In this document: positions 9,351 to 19,354 of the stretch, in pieces
Layout: every line of letters begins with the position of its first letter
How positions within the stretch are numbered: the stretch's first letter is position 1
From: an uncultured Lachnospiraceae bacterium
GTDB taxonomy: Bacteria > Bacillota > Clostridia > Lachnospirales > Lachnospiraceae
Direction: 5' to 3'
Length of the DNA stretch: 44,020 nucleotides
NCBI GenBank assembly: GCA_902766175.1
Contig: CACXCJ010000055.1
Location: 1 to 44,020, forward strand
Position numbers and translations under genes: made by a program
The notes under the pieces: model-generated
The model's input: the letters and a program-made list of their open reading frames with translations, nothing else
The model's database searches: none
Told to the model about the DNA's origin: nothing

Positions 9351-11360
9351 TCAGGCTGCAGCTGCAGTCGGGGTCGGCCTGGAGTTCTGCTTCTTTCCAG
9401 CGAGATAGCAGTATGCCAGGAAAATCACACCGAGCACCACTCCCGCAACATCCGAAATGCTCATCGGCAGGATGAAGAGGAACGCAATCGCGCCCAGCAC
9501 CACGCGCTCCCACACCTTCAGGTCGTGGAACATGTACCCGGAAACGCAGCCCGCGAGGCAGAAGGTCGCAAACAGGAGCATGAGCGCTGCAACCACGATC
9601 TCCGCTCCGGTTCCCTCCAGGAGAAGCGCCGGGCGGTACACAAACATGAACGGCACGATGAAGCCCGTGATCGCGAAGGTGAATGCCTTCCACCCTGTCT
9701 TCCAGGCCGACGCCCCCGCGATTCCGGCGGCGGTGAAGGAAGCGAGGCAGACCGGCGGCGTGATCTGCGCGACAACGCCGAAGTAGAAGATGAACATGTT
9801 TGCAACCAGCGGCTTGATGTCGAGGCCCTGGATCGCGGAGATGAACAGCGTGTTTGCGATCAGGTAGGCAGCGACCGTCGGAAGGGCCATGCCGAGGATG
9901 ATGCAGCCGACCGCCGCGACAACGAGAGCCAGGAACAGCGAGTTGTTGCCGGTCTTGTCAATGATCTTTGCGATCTTGACCGCGACACCGGAGCGGACCA
10001 CGATCCCGATCATGATGCCGCAGGCCGCCGTCGGAATGGCGATATTTGCCGCCTGACGGATGCCGTCAAGCATCGTGAGGATGAGCTTCTTTCCGCTCAT
10101 TCTGGTCTCCTTCGAGAAGCAGCTCACGACGATCGAGATCACCGTGCAGATGATGCCTGCTCTCGGCAGGGACATGCCGCGGATAATCATGACCACCAGA
10201 ATCACGATCGGAAGGAGACGGTACAGTCTCGGCAGGATCGGCTTGCCCTCGTAGTGGACATTCGGGTTCTTGCCGATGTGCTTCTTTCTCGCGATCAGAT
10301 GAACCACCATCAGGGCCGCGATGAAATACGCGAGTGCCGGAATGATTGCCGCCGCCGCGATGTGGATGTACTGGATGCCGATGATCTCAGCCATGATGAA
10401 GGCGCCTGCGCCCATGATCGGCGGCATGATCTGTCCGCCGGTGGATGCGACAGCCTCGACGGAAGCGGCTTCCTCCGGGGAGTAGCCGGTCTTCTTCATT
10501 AACGGAATCGTGAACACGCCGGTGCCCGTCACGTTTGCGACCGCGGAGCCGGAGATCATGCCCATGAGTCCCGAGGAGACGACCGAAGCCTTTGCGGGGC
10601 CGCCGACGGTCTTGTCGGAGAGCATGAGTCCCGCGTCCGTCAGCACCGAGCCGCCGCCGCAGTTTGCGAAGAAGCAGCCGAACATCAGGAAGTAGAACAG
10701 CGTGTTCATGGACGTGCCGAGCGGCGAACCGAAGATGCCGTTCTCACCGAGAGAGAGCGTCTCGATGAATCTCGGATAGCTGATGCCCTGGAAATGGAAG
10801 ATTCCCGGAATGTACTGCCCGAACCACGCGTAGGCGATGAAGAACATGATGACCCAGAACAGGGACATGGACACCACGCGGCGGACCGCCTCCATGATGC
10901 AGATAATCAGAAGCGTCCCGGCCACGATATCCATCGTTGACATCTTATCTACGGAGTAGAGGCGGTAATTCAGCGCCTCCGCGCTCATCGCATAGTAGGC
11001 GAAGATAAAGATCGTCGCCGCGATCAGGAAAATATCATAGACAGTCCACAGACCGCTCTTTTTCTTTGCCTTGTCATTCATCGGGTTCATAAGCCAGACG
11101 ATGATCAGGGCGAGACACATGTGGAGCGGCAGCTGGAACCACGGATCCAGCGGCTTCACCAGTTTGATGTAGAGCTGGAAGACCACCCAGAAAACGGACA
11201 GGCCGATGATGAGATAGCGCTTCCAGGCCGGAGACTTTCTCATGATCTTTGCGATCTTGGTTTCCTCGTCGTCCTCCTTCGCCAGCTTGCGGCCCAGTTC
11301 ATCTGCCTTGGAAAGCTTCACCTTCGGCTGTTCCTGGCCGTCTTTTACCTTTTCGCTCAT
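9351..11360 (-). CDS. TRAP transporter fused permease (4TM/12TM, TAXI-associated)
   Basis: GGPAKASVVSS, SGSAVANV, EAVASTGGQIMPPIMGAGAFIMAE, ILGMALPT, ITPPVCLA; start at ATG 11360 after SD GAGGAGG. Confidence 0.94.
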   Translation of the reverse strand: MSEKVKDGQEQPKVKLSKADELGRKLAKEDDEETKIAKIMRKSPAWKRYLIIGLSVFWVVFQLYIKLVKPLDPWFQLPLHMCLALIIVWLMNPMNDKAKKKSGLWTVYDIFLIAATIFIFAYYAMSAEALNYRLYSVDKMSTMDIVAGTLLIICIMEAVRRVVSMSLFWVIMFFIAYAWFGQYIPGIFHFQGISYPRFIETLSLGENGIFGSPLGTSMNTLFYFLMFGCFFANCGGGSVLTDAGLMLSDKTVGGPAKASVVSSGLMGMISGSAVANVTGTGVFTIPLMKKTGYSPEEAASVEAVASTGGQIMPPIMGAGAFIMAEIIGIQYIHIAAAAIIPALAYFIAALMVVHLIARKKHIGKNPNVHYEGKPILPRLYRLLPIVILVVMIIRGMSLPRAGIICTVISIVVSCFSKETRMSGKKLILTMLDGIRQAANIAIPTAACGIMIGIVVRSGVAVKIAKIIDKTGNNSLFLALVVAAVGCIILGMALPTVAAYLIANTLFISAIQGLDIKPLVANMFIFYFGVVAQITPPVCLASFTAAGIAGASAWKTGWKAFTFAITGFIVPFMFVYRPALLLEGTGAEIVVAALMLLFATFCLAGCVSGYMFHDLKVWERVVLGAIAFLFILPMSISDVAGVVLGVIFLAYCYLAGKKQNSRPTPTAAAA

Positions 11361-11466
11361 GCATTCCCTCCTCATTTCTCTGAAACAGGCCAGGCTCCCC
11401 GCACAAAAGGAACCTGGCCCTTTCATAACTGATTCTAATTCAGTTGTTCCGCTCTCCGCGGATCCA

Positions 11467-12624
11467 TTACTTCATCAGACCAGCTTCCTTGTAGTACCTC
11501 TCAGCACCCGGATGAAGCGGGCAGCCGCCGATCTTCTGGGACTCCCATGCCGTCGCCGGATCCCATCCGGAGAAGGACTCGTACTGGGAAACAAGGTCAT
11601 CTCTGTTCTCGGTGAGGGTCTTCGTGATCTGATAGACAACATCATCCGAAAGCTCGGTGTTCGCGAACAGGCAGTCCGGAGAACCCGGAAGAACCAGATC
11701 CTTGTCCTGTCCCTTGAAGGAATTTGCCGGAATCGTGATCTTGTCGAAGCCCTTCTCGTTGACAAACCAGTTCACGAGGTCATCGCCCCACTGAAGGAAG
11801 GTGACATCGCAGGTCGTTGCGATCTGCGCCATCGTGGAGGAAGCGGAGGAGGTGTGGTCGATGTAGAAGTCGATCTGTCCGTCCGCGAGAGCCTCTGCGT
11901 TCTGGTCGCCGCCCTGGTTCGTGATGGAGCCGCCCCAGCTCTTTAAATCGTCCTCGGTCACGCCGAAGTACTCAAGAAGGAGGTAAGCGCCCTCAGCATC
12001 CATGGAGCCCTTTGCGGAGCAGCCGATGCGGAGCGGGAGCTTCTTCTCGAAGACTTCCTCGATCGAGGAGACCCCGTGATCCTGCAGGAACTTGTTCGAG
12101 ATGCAGTTGATGTAGCAGACCTGCGTCAGTCCGCCGATGACCGCCGCGTAGCCATCGGTCTTCTCGCGGCCGAGGGTTCCCTCTTCCATGGCCCACTTTG
12201 CCGGAGCGCCGTTGACGAACGAGAGGTCAGCGCCCTGCTCCTTGAAGATGTACGGAGCGCCCATGCCGCCCGGATAGGACGGGTCAACGTTTACTTCCTT
12301 GAATCCGCCCTTCTCCTCGAGGATCTTGGACATCGCGACGATCATGTTGTAGGAACCGGAACCGACCTTGTCGGACCAGAAGTTCAGAGAAACATTGCTC
12401 ACGTCGACATCCGTGCCGCTGGAAGCTGCGCTCTCTCCCGCCTTGCTTTCCTCAGCTTTGCTCTCCTCAGCCTTGCTCTCCGCCGCCGTGGTCTCTGCCG
12501 CGGCAGTGGTGGTCTCCGCCGCCGTCGTGGACGAGCTGCTGCCCGAGGAACCGCAGGCTGCCATGCCTGCAGTCATCACCACAGCCATTCCCGCCGCTGC
12601 CAGACGCATCCAATTCTTTCTCAT
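11467..12624 (-). CDS. TAXI-family TRAP solute-binding lipoprotein
   Basis: Lipobox MAAC, S/T/A/E linker, ALADGQID, DDVVYQITK, PLHPGAERYYKE C-terminal TAXI motif; upstream of fused permease. Confidence 0.92.
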   Translation of the reverse strand: MRKNWMRLAAAGMAVVMTAGMAACGSSGSSSSTTAAETTTAAAETTAAESKAEESKAEESKAGESAASSGTDVDVSNVSLNFWSDKVGSGSYNMIVAMSKILEEKGGFKEVNVDPSYPGGMGAPYIFKEQGADLSFVNGAPAKWAMEEGTLGREKTDGYAAVIGGLTQVCYINCISNKFLQDHGVSSIEEVFEKKLPLRIGCSAKGSMDAEGAYLLLEYFGVTEDDLKSWGGSITNQGGDQNAEALADGQIDFYIDHTSSASSTMAQIATTCDVTFLQWGDDLVNWFVNEKGFDKITIPANSFKGQDKDLVLPGSPDCLFANTELSDDVVYQITKTLTENRDDLVSQYESFSGWDPATAWESQKIGGCPLHPGAERYYKEAGLMK

Positions 12625-12662
12625 CAGTATTTCCTCCCTTTTGCTAGTGTATTTGCCGCCTT

Positions 12663-12679
12663 TGTTTCAATTTGAACCA
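12663..12679. promoter_or_regulatory. Putative operator palindrome downstream of the TAXI promoter
   Basis: TGTTTCA-ATT-TGAACCA; 6 of 7 positions palindromic. Confidence 0.6.
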
Positions 12680-12709
12680 AAACCTCCGGCAGTTATCCAA
12701 TACGCATTT

Positions 12710-12738
12710 ATAATACACAAAAAGTTCACAGGAATCAA
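12710..12738 (-). promoter_or_regulatory. Putative sigma70 promoter of TAXI operon
   Basis: TTGATT-17 nt-TATTAT in an AT-rich intergenic region. Confidence 0.6.
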
Positions 12739-12757
12739 CGCTGCATCCGGCAAATTG

Positions 12758-12774
12758 TGTTGCGTTTTGAAACG
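12758..12774. promoter_or_regulatory. Putative upstream operator palindrome (TAXI operon)
   Basis: TGTTGCG-TTT-TGAAACG; 19-bp gap to the -35 hexamer. Confidence 0.55.
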
Positions 12775-12849
12775 TAATTTACGCGTGTTTTACTTTTCGA
12801 GCAAAGCTGCACGGCTGCGGCCGGAGCTGTCCGGCGGACCGCCTCCCGC

Positions 12850-14649
12850 TCAGCTTCCGCGGTTCAGATACCGCCAGAGCGTCGTGCGGCTGATTCCGAG
12901 CTGCCGCGCCGCCGCGCTCTGGTTGCCGCCCTTCTCTTCCACCACGCGGCGAATGACGTCGGAGAGGATCTGTTCCAGCGTCCGGTTCAGGTCTATGCCT
13001 CCTGCGGCAGGCGCCGCCCCGGTTTTCTCCCAGAGCTCCCGCGAGCGGGCCTCCTGCTCCAGAATCCGCTTCACGGAAGCCGCCCGGATATAGGAGGTGG
13101 AGGTCATGACGCAGAGCGCATTGATGACACGCTTCAGCTGCGTGAAATTTCCCGGCCAGTCATATTTCAGCATGAGATCCATGGCGCCGGCATCGAACCC
13201 GATGATCTGCCTCCCCATCTCCATGTTCTGATTCGCGAGATAGAGACTGCAGACCGACGCGAGCTCCTCCCTGCGGGCGCGGATCGGCTCCAGATGAATT
13301 TCGAGGCAGGAGAGCTTCTTCAGGAATTTCGAGGCGTGCGGGGGAATCCGGCTGTCCCGCCCGCAGGCGCACGTGAAGATCAGGCGGTTTCTCGTGTTGA
13401 TTCCCATGTCCAGAATCAGCGAGAGAAGCTGCGAGGACCACTCGCCGGACAGCTCGTCGATGTCCTGGAAGCAGATCGTCAGGCCGCTGTCATTCAGCGG
13501 AGAGTTGTAGTGATTTGTGATGAATTCCCAGCTTTTCGCCGTAAGAATGGAGCAGCTCACCGTGACATACGGATTGCTGCTGTTCCTCCCGTTCAGATAG
13601 CAGAGCCGCGCCGCCTGGTCCTTGCCGGTTCCCGGCTCCCCGGTGATCATGATCGGGAAATCGGACCCGCTGTACTGACGGATTTCCTTCTCCAGGTCAT
13701 TTGCGGAGGCACGCATGCTGAAGCAGCTGTTGAAGTACTGCTGCTCCGCCTCCCGGCGCGCGGAAAACGAGACCCCGTACTTGCTGGAAATCATGGGAAC
13801 CTTGGCCTCCTGAATGTAAAAGGCCGTGTAGTCCCCTTCATCCAGATGCAGAAGCCTCCCGGTGATGGAGTACATGTCGCGCCCGGAGACGTGAAAGAAC
13901 TTTGCCGAGCCGTTTTCCGCCACGTCCGGGATGTTCTGCCGGAGCACTGTGTAGAACTCCTCTCCCTCTCCGTTCCAGCTGGAGAAAACGAGCGTCTTCC
14001 GCTGGTCATAGACCACCGTCATGCCGGCATCGGCCGAGAGAACGGTCCGGTAGAGCGCACTCTCGCTCTTTAAATTGGTGTTGCAGCGGACCAGTGCCAC
14101 CGCCTGCTGAAGCGCTGAGTTCAGGCTCTCCGCGCCGCTTGTCAGAAGGACGGAGCGCATGTTGATGCGGTGCGCTGTGATGTTCGTGATGGTGTCGCTG
14201 ATGACGAGCGGCGTCCCCTCGCTCCTGAGCTTCTCCAGCACAGGCTGCACCTCCTCCTCGGAGTGAATCGTGATCACCTGGATATTGTACTGGAGAATGT
14301 CGGTCAGAAGCTTCACGTCCTTCGTGATGTTCGGGAACGCGACCACCACGAAGCGCTCGGAGATATTCTGCGCGAGTTCGATGGTCCGCAGGATGTCGAA
14401 GCTCGTCAGCGGGATATCGATCACGGGGACGGACGTGACCTTCCGGATCATATCCACCGTGCCGCCGCGCGACAGAATCACATCGTAATTCTTGTGAAGG
14501 TTCCGGCGCGCAGCCTCCATTCCCTCCCGGAGGTTCCCGACATAGACATCGACGGAGACCTCCGGGATATTTTCCGCGGCGTGCAGCATGACGTTCCGCA
14601 TGGATTCATAGGGAACGATTCCAAGGATTCTGACCTTTGTCTCTGGCAT
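12850..14649 (-). CDS. PrpR N-domain / AAA+ / Fis-HTH transcriptional regulator (copy 2)
   Basis: DVILSRGGT, Walker A GEPGTGK, FQDIDE, WPGN, GGNQSAAARQLGISRTTLWR; no GAFTGA; start ATG 14649 after SD GAGGAG. Confidence 0.88.
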   Translation of the reverse strand: MPETKVRILGIVPYESMRNVMLHAAENIPEVSVDVYVGNLREGMEAARRNLHKNYDVILSRGGTVDMIRKVTSVPVIDIPLTSFDILRTIELAQNISERFVVVAFPNITKDVKLLTDILQYNIQVITIHSEEEVQPVLEKLRSEGTPLVISDTITNITAHRINMRSVLLTSGAESLNSALQQAVALVRCNTNLKSESALYRTVLSADAGMTVVYDQRKTLVFSSWNGEGEEFYTVLRQNIPDVAENGSAKFFHVSGRDMYSITGRLLHLDEGDYTAFYIQEAKVPMISSKYGVSFSARREAEQQYFNSCFSMRASANDLEKEIRQYSGSDFPIMITGEPGTGKDQAARLCYLNGRNSSNPYVTVSCSILTAKSWEFITNHYNSPLNDSGLTICFQDIDELSGEWSSQLLSLILDMGINTRNRLIFTCACGRDSRIPPHASKFLKKLSCLEIHLEPIRARREELASVCSLYLANQNMEMGRQIIGFDAGAMDLMLKYDWPGNFTQLKRVINALCVMTSTSYIRAASVKRILEQEARSRELWEKTGAAPAAGGIDLNRTLEQILSDVIRRVVEEKGGNQSAAARQLGISRTTLWRYLNRGS

Positions 14650-14704
14650 TCCGACGCTCCTCTCCGCACAAGCTGTCCCGTGCCGCCGCTTTCTGCTGTG
14701 ATGC

Positions 14705-15463
14705 TCACGCGTCCATGTATCTGCCGCCGTTCTGCATGAGCGACTCACCGGTCATGTAATCGCTCAGCGGGGAGGCGAGAAAGAGTGCCGTGTCCGCAAT
14801 ATTTTCCGGCTGTCCCATCTGTCCCATCGGCAGATTTTTCATCACACTCTCCCGGTGCTCCTTTGTCCAGGTCTTCGTGATCTCCGTCTCCACCGGGCCC
14901 GGGCAGATCGCGTTCACATAGATGTGATCCGCGGCGAACTCCGTCGCAAGATGACGCGTGAGATACACAAGTCCCGCCTTGGAAGCACCGTAGGAGGGAC
15001 TTGCCCCCATATTCACGTTCTTCGCGGCCGTGGAGGAGATGAAAACGATTTTTCCGCCGCCCTCTCTCTGCATGACCGGAATCACCTTCTGCGCGAGAAA
15101 CGCGGGCGCAGTGAGGTTCACTTCCATCACCTGATTCCACTCCTCCGGCGTCATGGCGAGCGTCGGCTGCCGGAGCGCCATGCCCGCGCTGCAGAGAAGA
15201 ATGTCGATCCTGCCGGTCAGGGCAGCGGCGGCATCCACAAGCTTCTGCGGCATGGTGAGATCCGCCGCGTCCCCCGCGGCGACAGCGCACAGCACTCCCT
15301 CCGCCTCGCACTGTGCCTTCAGTGTCTCAAGGTTCTTCCTGTTTCTCGCCGTCAGGACGAGAGAAGCTCCCTCTCTCGCGAAAAGAAGGGCGGACGCACG
15401 CCCTATCCCGCTGCTCGCCCCCGTGATAATCGCAGTTTTCCCCGCTAAAAGTTTCTGGTTCAT
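14705..15463 (-). CDS. Short-chain dehydrogenase/reductase (FabG-like SDR)
   Basis: TGASSGIG Rossmann motif, YGASK catalytic motif, VNAICPG, MTGESL..NGG. Confidence 0.93.
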   Translation of the reverse strand: MNQKLLAGKTAIITGASSGIGRASALLFAREGASLVLTARNRKNLETLKAQCEAEGVLCAVAAGDAADLTMPQKLVDAAAALTGRIDILLCSAGMALRQPTLAMTPEEWNQVMEVNLTAPAFLAQKVIPVMQREGGGKIVFISSTAAKNVNMGASPSYGASKAGLVYLTRHLATEFAADHIYVNAICPGPVETEITKTWTKEHRESVMKNLPMGQMGQPENIADTALFLASPLSDYMTGESLMQNGGRYMDA

Positions 15464-15547
15464 TTCCTGCCTCCACGTAAAAAATCTGCATAAAAGCTTA
15501 CCATGAATGGTTTCCTTGTGCGCTGCCGCGTCTGCGTCGTTTCCGGA

Positions 15548-16429
15548 TCAGGAGCTTTCTTCTTCCCCGGGTGATGCGGGAAGCGCGGCTTCTGCTGCCC
15601 GAAGCCAGAGCTCAGAGGCGGAAAGCAGCCTTTCAAGCTCCGGAAGCGGATTCAGATGCAGTACCTCCGCTCTGACTTTTCTCGCGGTATTGATTTTCAT
15701 GCCCCCGATCACGCGGTCTGTGAGAAGAAACACCACCTTCTCTCCATTCCCCGCAGCAGAAATGGAAGGATTTCCGGCTCCGATCTCCATGAGACGCGGT
15801 ACGGCAGGGTTTTTCTCCGATGGCTCCGGGACAGCAGATCCGCCGCGAGCGTTCAGCGCGAGCGTTCCGTTCTGCATGGAAAAGGCACCCTGCGCGCCTG
15901 TTTCTCCCGTTTTCTTTCCCGCAGCCCCCGTTTTCTGCTGTTTCCCGGCAGATGCAGCGCTCCGCTGCACGGCCACCGCACACCCGGTCCGCATCACCCG
16001 CTTCCCGCCCTGCTTCACGGCGTAGGCTGTATCAAAAACCTGGACATCGAAGCTGTGCCACGTTCCGCTGCTTCTCTCCCGGCAGAGAATCTGCTTCTCA
16101 TTTTCCGGCTTCCCCTCCGGAAGAACAGATAAAAGCGCAGCGTCTGCACTTCCCCTTCTCTCGAACCGGTACTCCTTCAGCACGCGGCCGATCGTGCGCG
16201 CACAGAGCGCCTCCCTGTAGCTTTCATTCACATCCTCTGCTGCTCTGGAGGATACGAAAAGGTACAGCACAAGCGCAGCGGCCAGAAATACAATTCCTGC
16301 CGCAGACCAGCCGCGGAACAGCATGAGTGTGACTGCCAGAAAAATAACTACAAGGTACGCTGTGCGGAACAGAAGCAGGCGCTTCAGCTTCCGGTTCAAA
16401 AGAAGTTCCAGCTGACTGTCATTCATCAT
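15548..16429 (-). CDS. Hypothetical membrane protein (two N-terminal TM helices plus soluble domain)
   Basis: 293-aa ORF filling the gap between tctC and the SDR; hydrophobic helices at about aa 20-60; no family recognised. Confidence 0.65.
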   Translation of the reverse strand: MMNDSQLELLLNRKLKRLLLFRTAYLVVIFLAVTLMLFRGWSAAGIVFLAAALVLYLFVSSRAAEDVNESYREALCARTIGRVLKEYRFERRGSADAALLSVLPEGKPENEKQILCRERSSGTWHSFDVQVFDTAYAVKQGGKRVMRTGCAVAVQRSAASAGKQQKTGAAGKKTGETGAQGAFSMQNGTLALNARGGSAVPEPSEKNPAVPRLMEIGAGNPSISAAGNGEKVVFLLTDRVIGGMKINTARKVRAEVLHLNPLPELERLLSASELWLRAAEAALPASPGEEESS

Positions 16430-16446
16430 GGCCTATTTTCCCGTTT

Positions 16447-16491
16447 AAAAAAGCGGCCGCACAGGAATCAAACCTTCCGGTGTGCGGCCAC
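16447..16491 (-). terminator. Rho-independent terminator after tctC
   Basis: Minus strand GTGGCCGCACA...TGTGCGGCCGC followed by T6. Confidence 0.7.
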
Positions 16492-16533
16492 TTTCCTGAT
16501 CTACCAGGCAGCTGCCTGCCCGGCTCTGGTCTC

Positions 16534-17607
16534 TTAGTTCTGGATGAGATCCTTGTTCTCCTCGAACATCTTGGTCTCCTCATCGAGGGTCTTCAGCAGT
16601 TCATCTCTGCCCATGAACTTCGGCGTAACGCAGTAAGCGTCCTCGGTCTTCTTGATGAACTCCTCGTTGGAGCAGACCTGCTCAATCGCATCCTGCATCT
16701 TGTCGATGATCGCCTGATCCGTTCCCTTCGGGAAGCTCAGGAAATAATGTCTCTCAGCGGTCCAGTCATAGCCCTGCTCCTTTGCGGTCGGGACATCCGG
16801 GAAGAGCGGATTTCTCTCCTCTGCGATGTTGCAGAGTGCAGTGAAGTCTCCGGAATCAAAGTAGGACTTCATGACACCGTAGGGGTTCACGTTGGTGTCG
16901 ATCTTCTGTGCAAGAAGCGCTGCGTTTCTGTCCGTGCCGCCGCCCGCATCGACGATGTTGAAGTCAATTCCCTGGCTCTCCTCAAGCTGTCTGCCGAGGA
17001 AGTAGGAATACCCGCCGACGGAGGAAGCATAGAGGATCTTGCCCGGATTTGCCTTCGCCGCATTGACGATATCATCCATGGTCTTGTACTCAGACTTGGA
17101 GTTTACCGCCATGACGTAGGAATTGTCGACGATCGTCGCAGCGACCGGATCAAGATTCTCATAGGAATCCTGCGCGACGCCGACGATCTTGTTCGTCAGC
17201 ATGGAATCGTGGAAGAACAGGCAGGTATAGCCATCCGGCTCTGCGTCCATGACCTGATACATACCCGTGGAGCCATTTGCGCCTGCGACATTGCTGACGA
17301 CAACGTTCACACCGAGGATCTTGCCGAGATAGTCAGCGAGGTTTCTCGCGTGGAAGTCCGTGTCGCCGCCCGCGTTGAACGGGACAATAATGGTGATGTT
17401 GTTCTTCGGCCAGTCTGTCTCCGCAGAGGATGCTGCCGCGCTGCTGTCCGCTTCCTTGCCCTCCGAAGCCGCCGCTGTGGTCTCCGCCGCTGCCGCGGTG
17501 GTCGACTCCGCAGCCGCTGCTGTCGTCGATGAAGACGAAGAGCCGCCGCAGGCAGCAAGCGAAACTGCCATGGACGCCGCCAGTACCATTGCCACTGTCT
17601 TTTTCAT
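16534..17607 (-). CDS. tctC: Tripartite tricarboxylate transporter binding lipoprotein (TctC/Bug)
   Basis: WPKNNITIIVPFNAGGDTD, NVAGANG, AEPDGYT, PDVPTAKEQG; lipobox LAAC; start ATG 17607 after GGAGG. Confidence 0.93.
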   Translation of the reverse strand: MKKTVAMVLAASMAVSLAACGGSSSSSTTAAAAESTTAAAAETTAAASEGKEADSSAAASSAETDWPKNNITIIVPFNAGGDTDFHARNLADYLGKILGVNVVVSNVAGANGSTGMYQVMDAEPDGYTCLFFHDSMLTNKIVGVAQDSYENLDPVAATIVDNSYVMAVNSKSEYKTMDDIVNAAKANPGKILYASSVGGYSYFLGRQLEESQGIDFNIVDAGGGTDRNAALLAQKIDTNVNPYGVMKSYFDSGDFTALCNIAEERNPLFPDVPTAKEQGYDWTAERHYFLSFPKGTDQAIIDKMQDAIEQVCSNEEFIKKTEDAYCVTPKFMGRDELLKTLDEETKMFEENKDLIQN

Positions 17608-17766
17608 TTCTTCTCCTCCTAATAAGTAATAACCAGTTCCGTATTGAAAATCGCCGCCCGGCCCCGGAATATGACCGGGCAGCGTAAATCGCTTACCTTC
17701 CGCACCGCGCGCACACCGCTTCCGCAACGGTCTGCTGCGTCTTGTCACGCAGCACAGGCAAAGGGA

Positions 17767-19323
17767 TTAATCGTCCTCTTCACTCTCGTACTTCGACTTC
17801 TTTCTCGGCTTTCTCTGGCTTCTTATGCTGAAGCAGATCGAGATCACCGCCGCCGCAAAGAACACATCTGCGATCGGCTGCGTAAAGAACTGGCCGAAGT
17901 CACCCGAAGCAAACATCAGGCCGCGGCGAAGATTGGTCTCCATAAGCGGACCGATCAGAAATCCAAGAATAAAAGGTGCGGACGGAATCTTCAGCTGCGC
18001 GAAGACGAATCCGACGACGCCGAAAACGATCAGCGTGATGACATCAAACAGATTGTTCCGGACACCGTAGGAACCGACCACGCAGTACAGGAAGATGGCC
18101 GGCAGCAGGAAATACATCGGGATTCCGAGGAGCAGAGCGAAGAGCCGCAGTCCGTAGAATTCCATAAACAGCATGATGATCGTGCCGATGATCATCGTAA
18201 GGAAGACCGAGTACACGATGTCAACATTCGATGTGAACATGAGCGGTCCCGGCGTCACGCCGTGCAGGGTGAGGCCGCCGAGAAGCATTGCTGTCACCGT
18301 GTCCCCGGGAATACCGAGAGCAAGAAGCGGGACGAGCGCGCCGCCGATCGCAGCATTGTTGGAGGACTCGGAAGCGACGACGCCGTCGATCACGCCGGTT
18401 CCATAGTCATCCCCGGACATTGCGACATCATCAGAGACTTTCTTGCTGCGATGGCAGCTTGCCTTGGAGACGGAGTACGCAAGAACGTTCGCCGCGCCGC
18501 CGCCGATGCCAGGCAGGATACCGATTCCGGTTCCGATCAGGGAGCAGAGGAAGAAGTTGTGAATCTGGCTCTTCGCCTCCGCCATGGAGAACCCGAAGCC
18601 CTTCACGTCCTTCATGCTGATCTTGATTCCCTCGCTCGGCTTCTCGGTTTTCACCTTCGCCGCGCGCGCCGCAATTTCCGCCACTGCAAACAGTCCGATC
18701 AGGACCGGGAGAATATTGAATCCGTTGCTCAGCATCCGGTTGCCCATGGTGAAACGCTGGACACCGCTGATGGAATCGATTCCGACCGTCGCAAAGATGC
18801 AGCCGCAGAGACCGGAGATCAGTCCCTTGTAGATGTTTCCGCCCGAAAGGCCGGACATCATCGTCAAGGAGAACACCGCCACAGCGAAATACTCATATGC
18901 GCCGAACTTAATCGCGATGCTCGCGAGAGCCGGCGAAAGGAAAATCAGGATGATCGTGGAAAGAATTGTGCCTGCAAAGCTTGCGACAATACCGACGCCG
19001 AGTGCCTTGACGCCCTTGCCCTTCTGGGTCAGCGGCCAGCCGTCAAAGCAGGTCGCGACAGAGGACGGTGTGCCGGGAATTCCCGTGAGAATCGCCGAGA
19101 TCAGGCCGCCGGAAATACCGCCGATGTACAGCGCTACCAGAAGCACGATCGCCGTGACCGTATCCATAGAATACGTCACCGGAAGGAACATGGCAAGTGC
19201 CATTGTTGCGGAAAGTCCCGGAATACATCCGAAGATGATTCCGACAAAGACGCCGACTACCATGCAGAGAATGCAGGGAAGCGTCATGACAGCCTGAAGG
19301 CCGACCATAAACGATGCAGCCAT
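17767..19323 (-). CDS. tctA: Tripartite tricarboxylate transporter permease TctA
   Basis: GCIPGLSATM, GIPGTPSS..TCFDGWP, ESSNNAA, LGIPGD, GVTPGP. Confidence 0.94.
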   Translation of the reverse strand: MAASFMVGLQAVMTLPCILCMVVGVFVGIIFGCIPGLSATMALAMFLPVTYSMDTVTAIVLLVALYIGGISGGLISAILTGIPGTPSSVATCFDGWPLTQKGKGVKALGVGIVASFAGTILSTIILIFLSPALASIAIKFGAYEYFAVAVFSLTMMSGLSGGNIYKGLISGLCGCIFATVGIDSISGVQRFTMGNRMLSNGFNILPVLIGLFAVAEIAARAAKVKTEKPSEGIKISMKDVKGFGFSMAEAKSQIHNFFLCSLIGTGIGILPGIGGGAANVLAYSVSKASCHRSKKVSDDVAMSGDDYGTGVIDGVVASESSNNAAIGGALVPLLALGIPGDTVTAMLLGGLTLHGVTPGPLMFTSNVDIVYSVFLTMIIGTIIMLFMEFYGLRLFALLLGIPMYFLLPAIFLYCVVGSYGVRNNLFDVITLIVFGVVGFVFAQLKIPSAPFILGFLIGPLMETNLRRGLMFASGDFGQFFTQPIADVFFAAAVISICFSIRSQRKPRKKSKYESEEDD

Positions 19324-19354
19324 AGTTTGTATCTCTCTCCTTTCTGTAGTCCGC

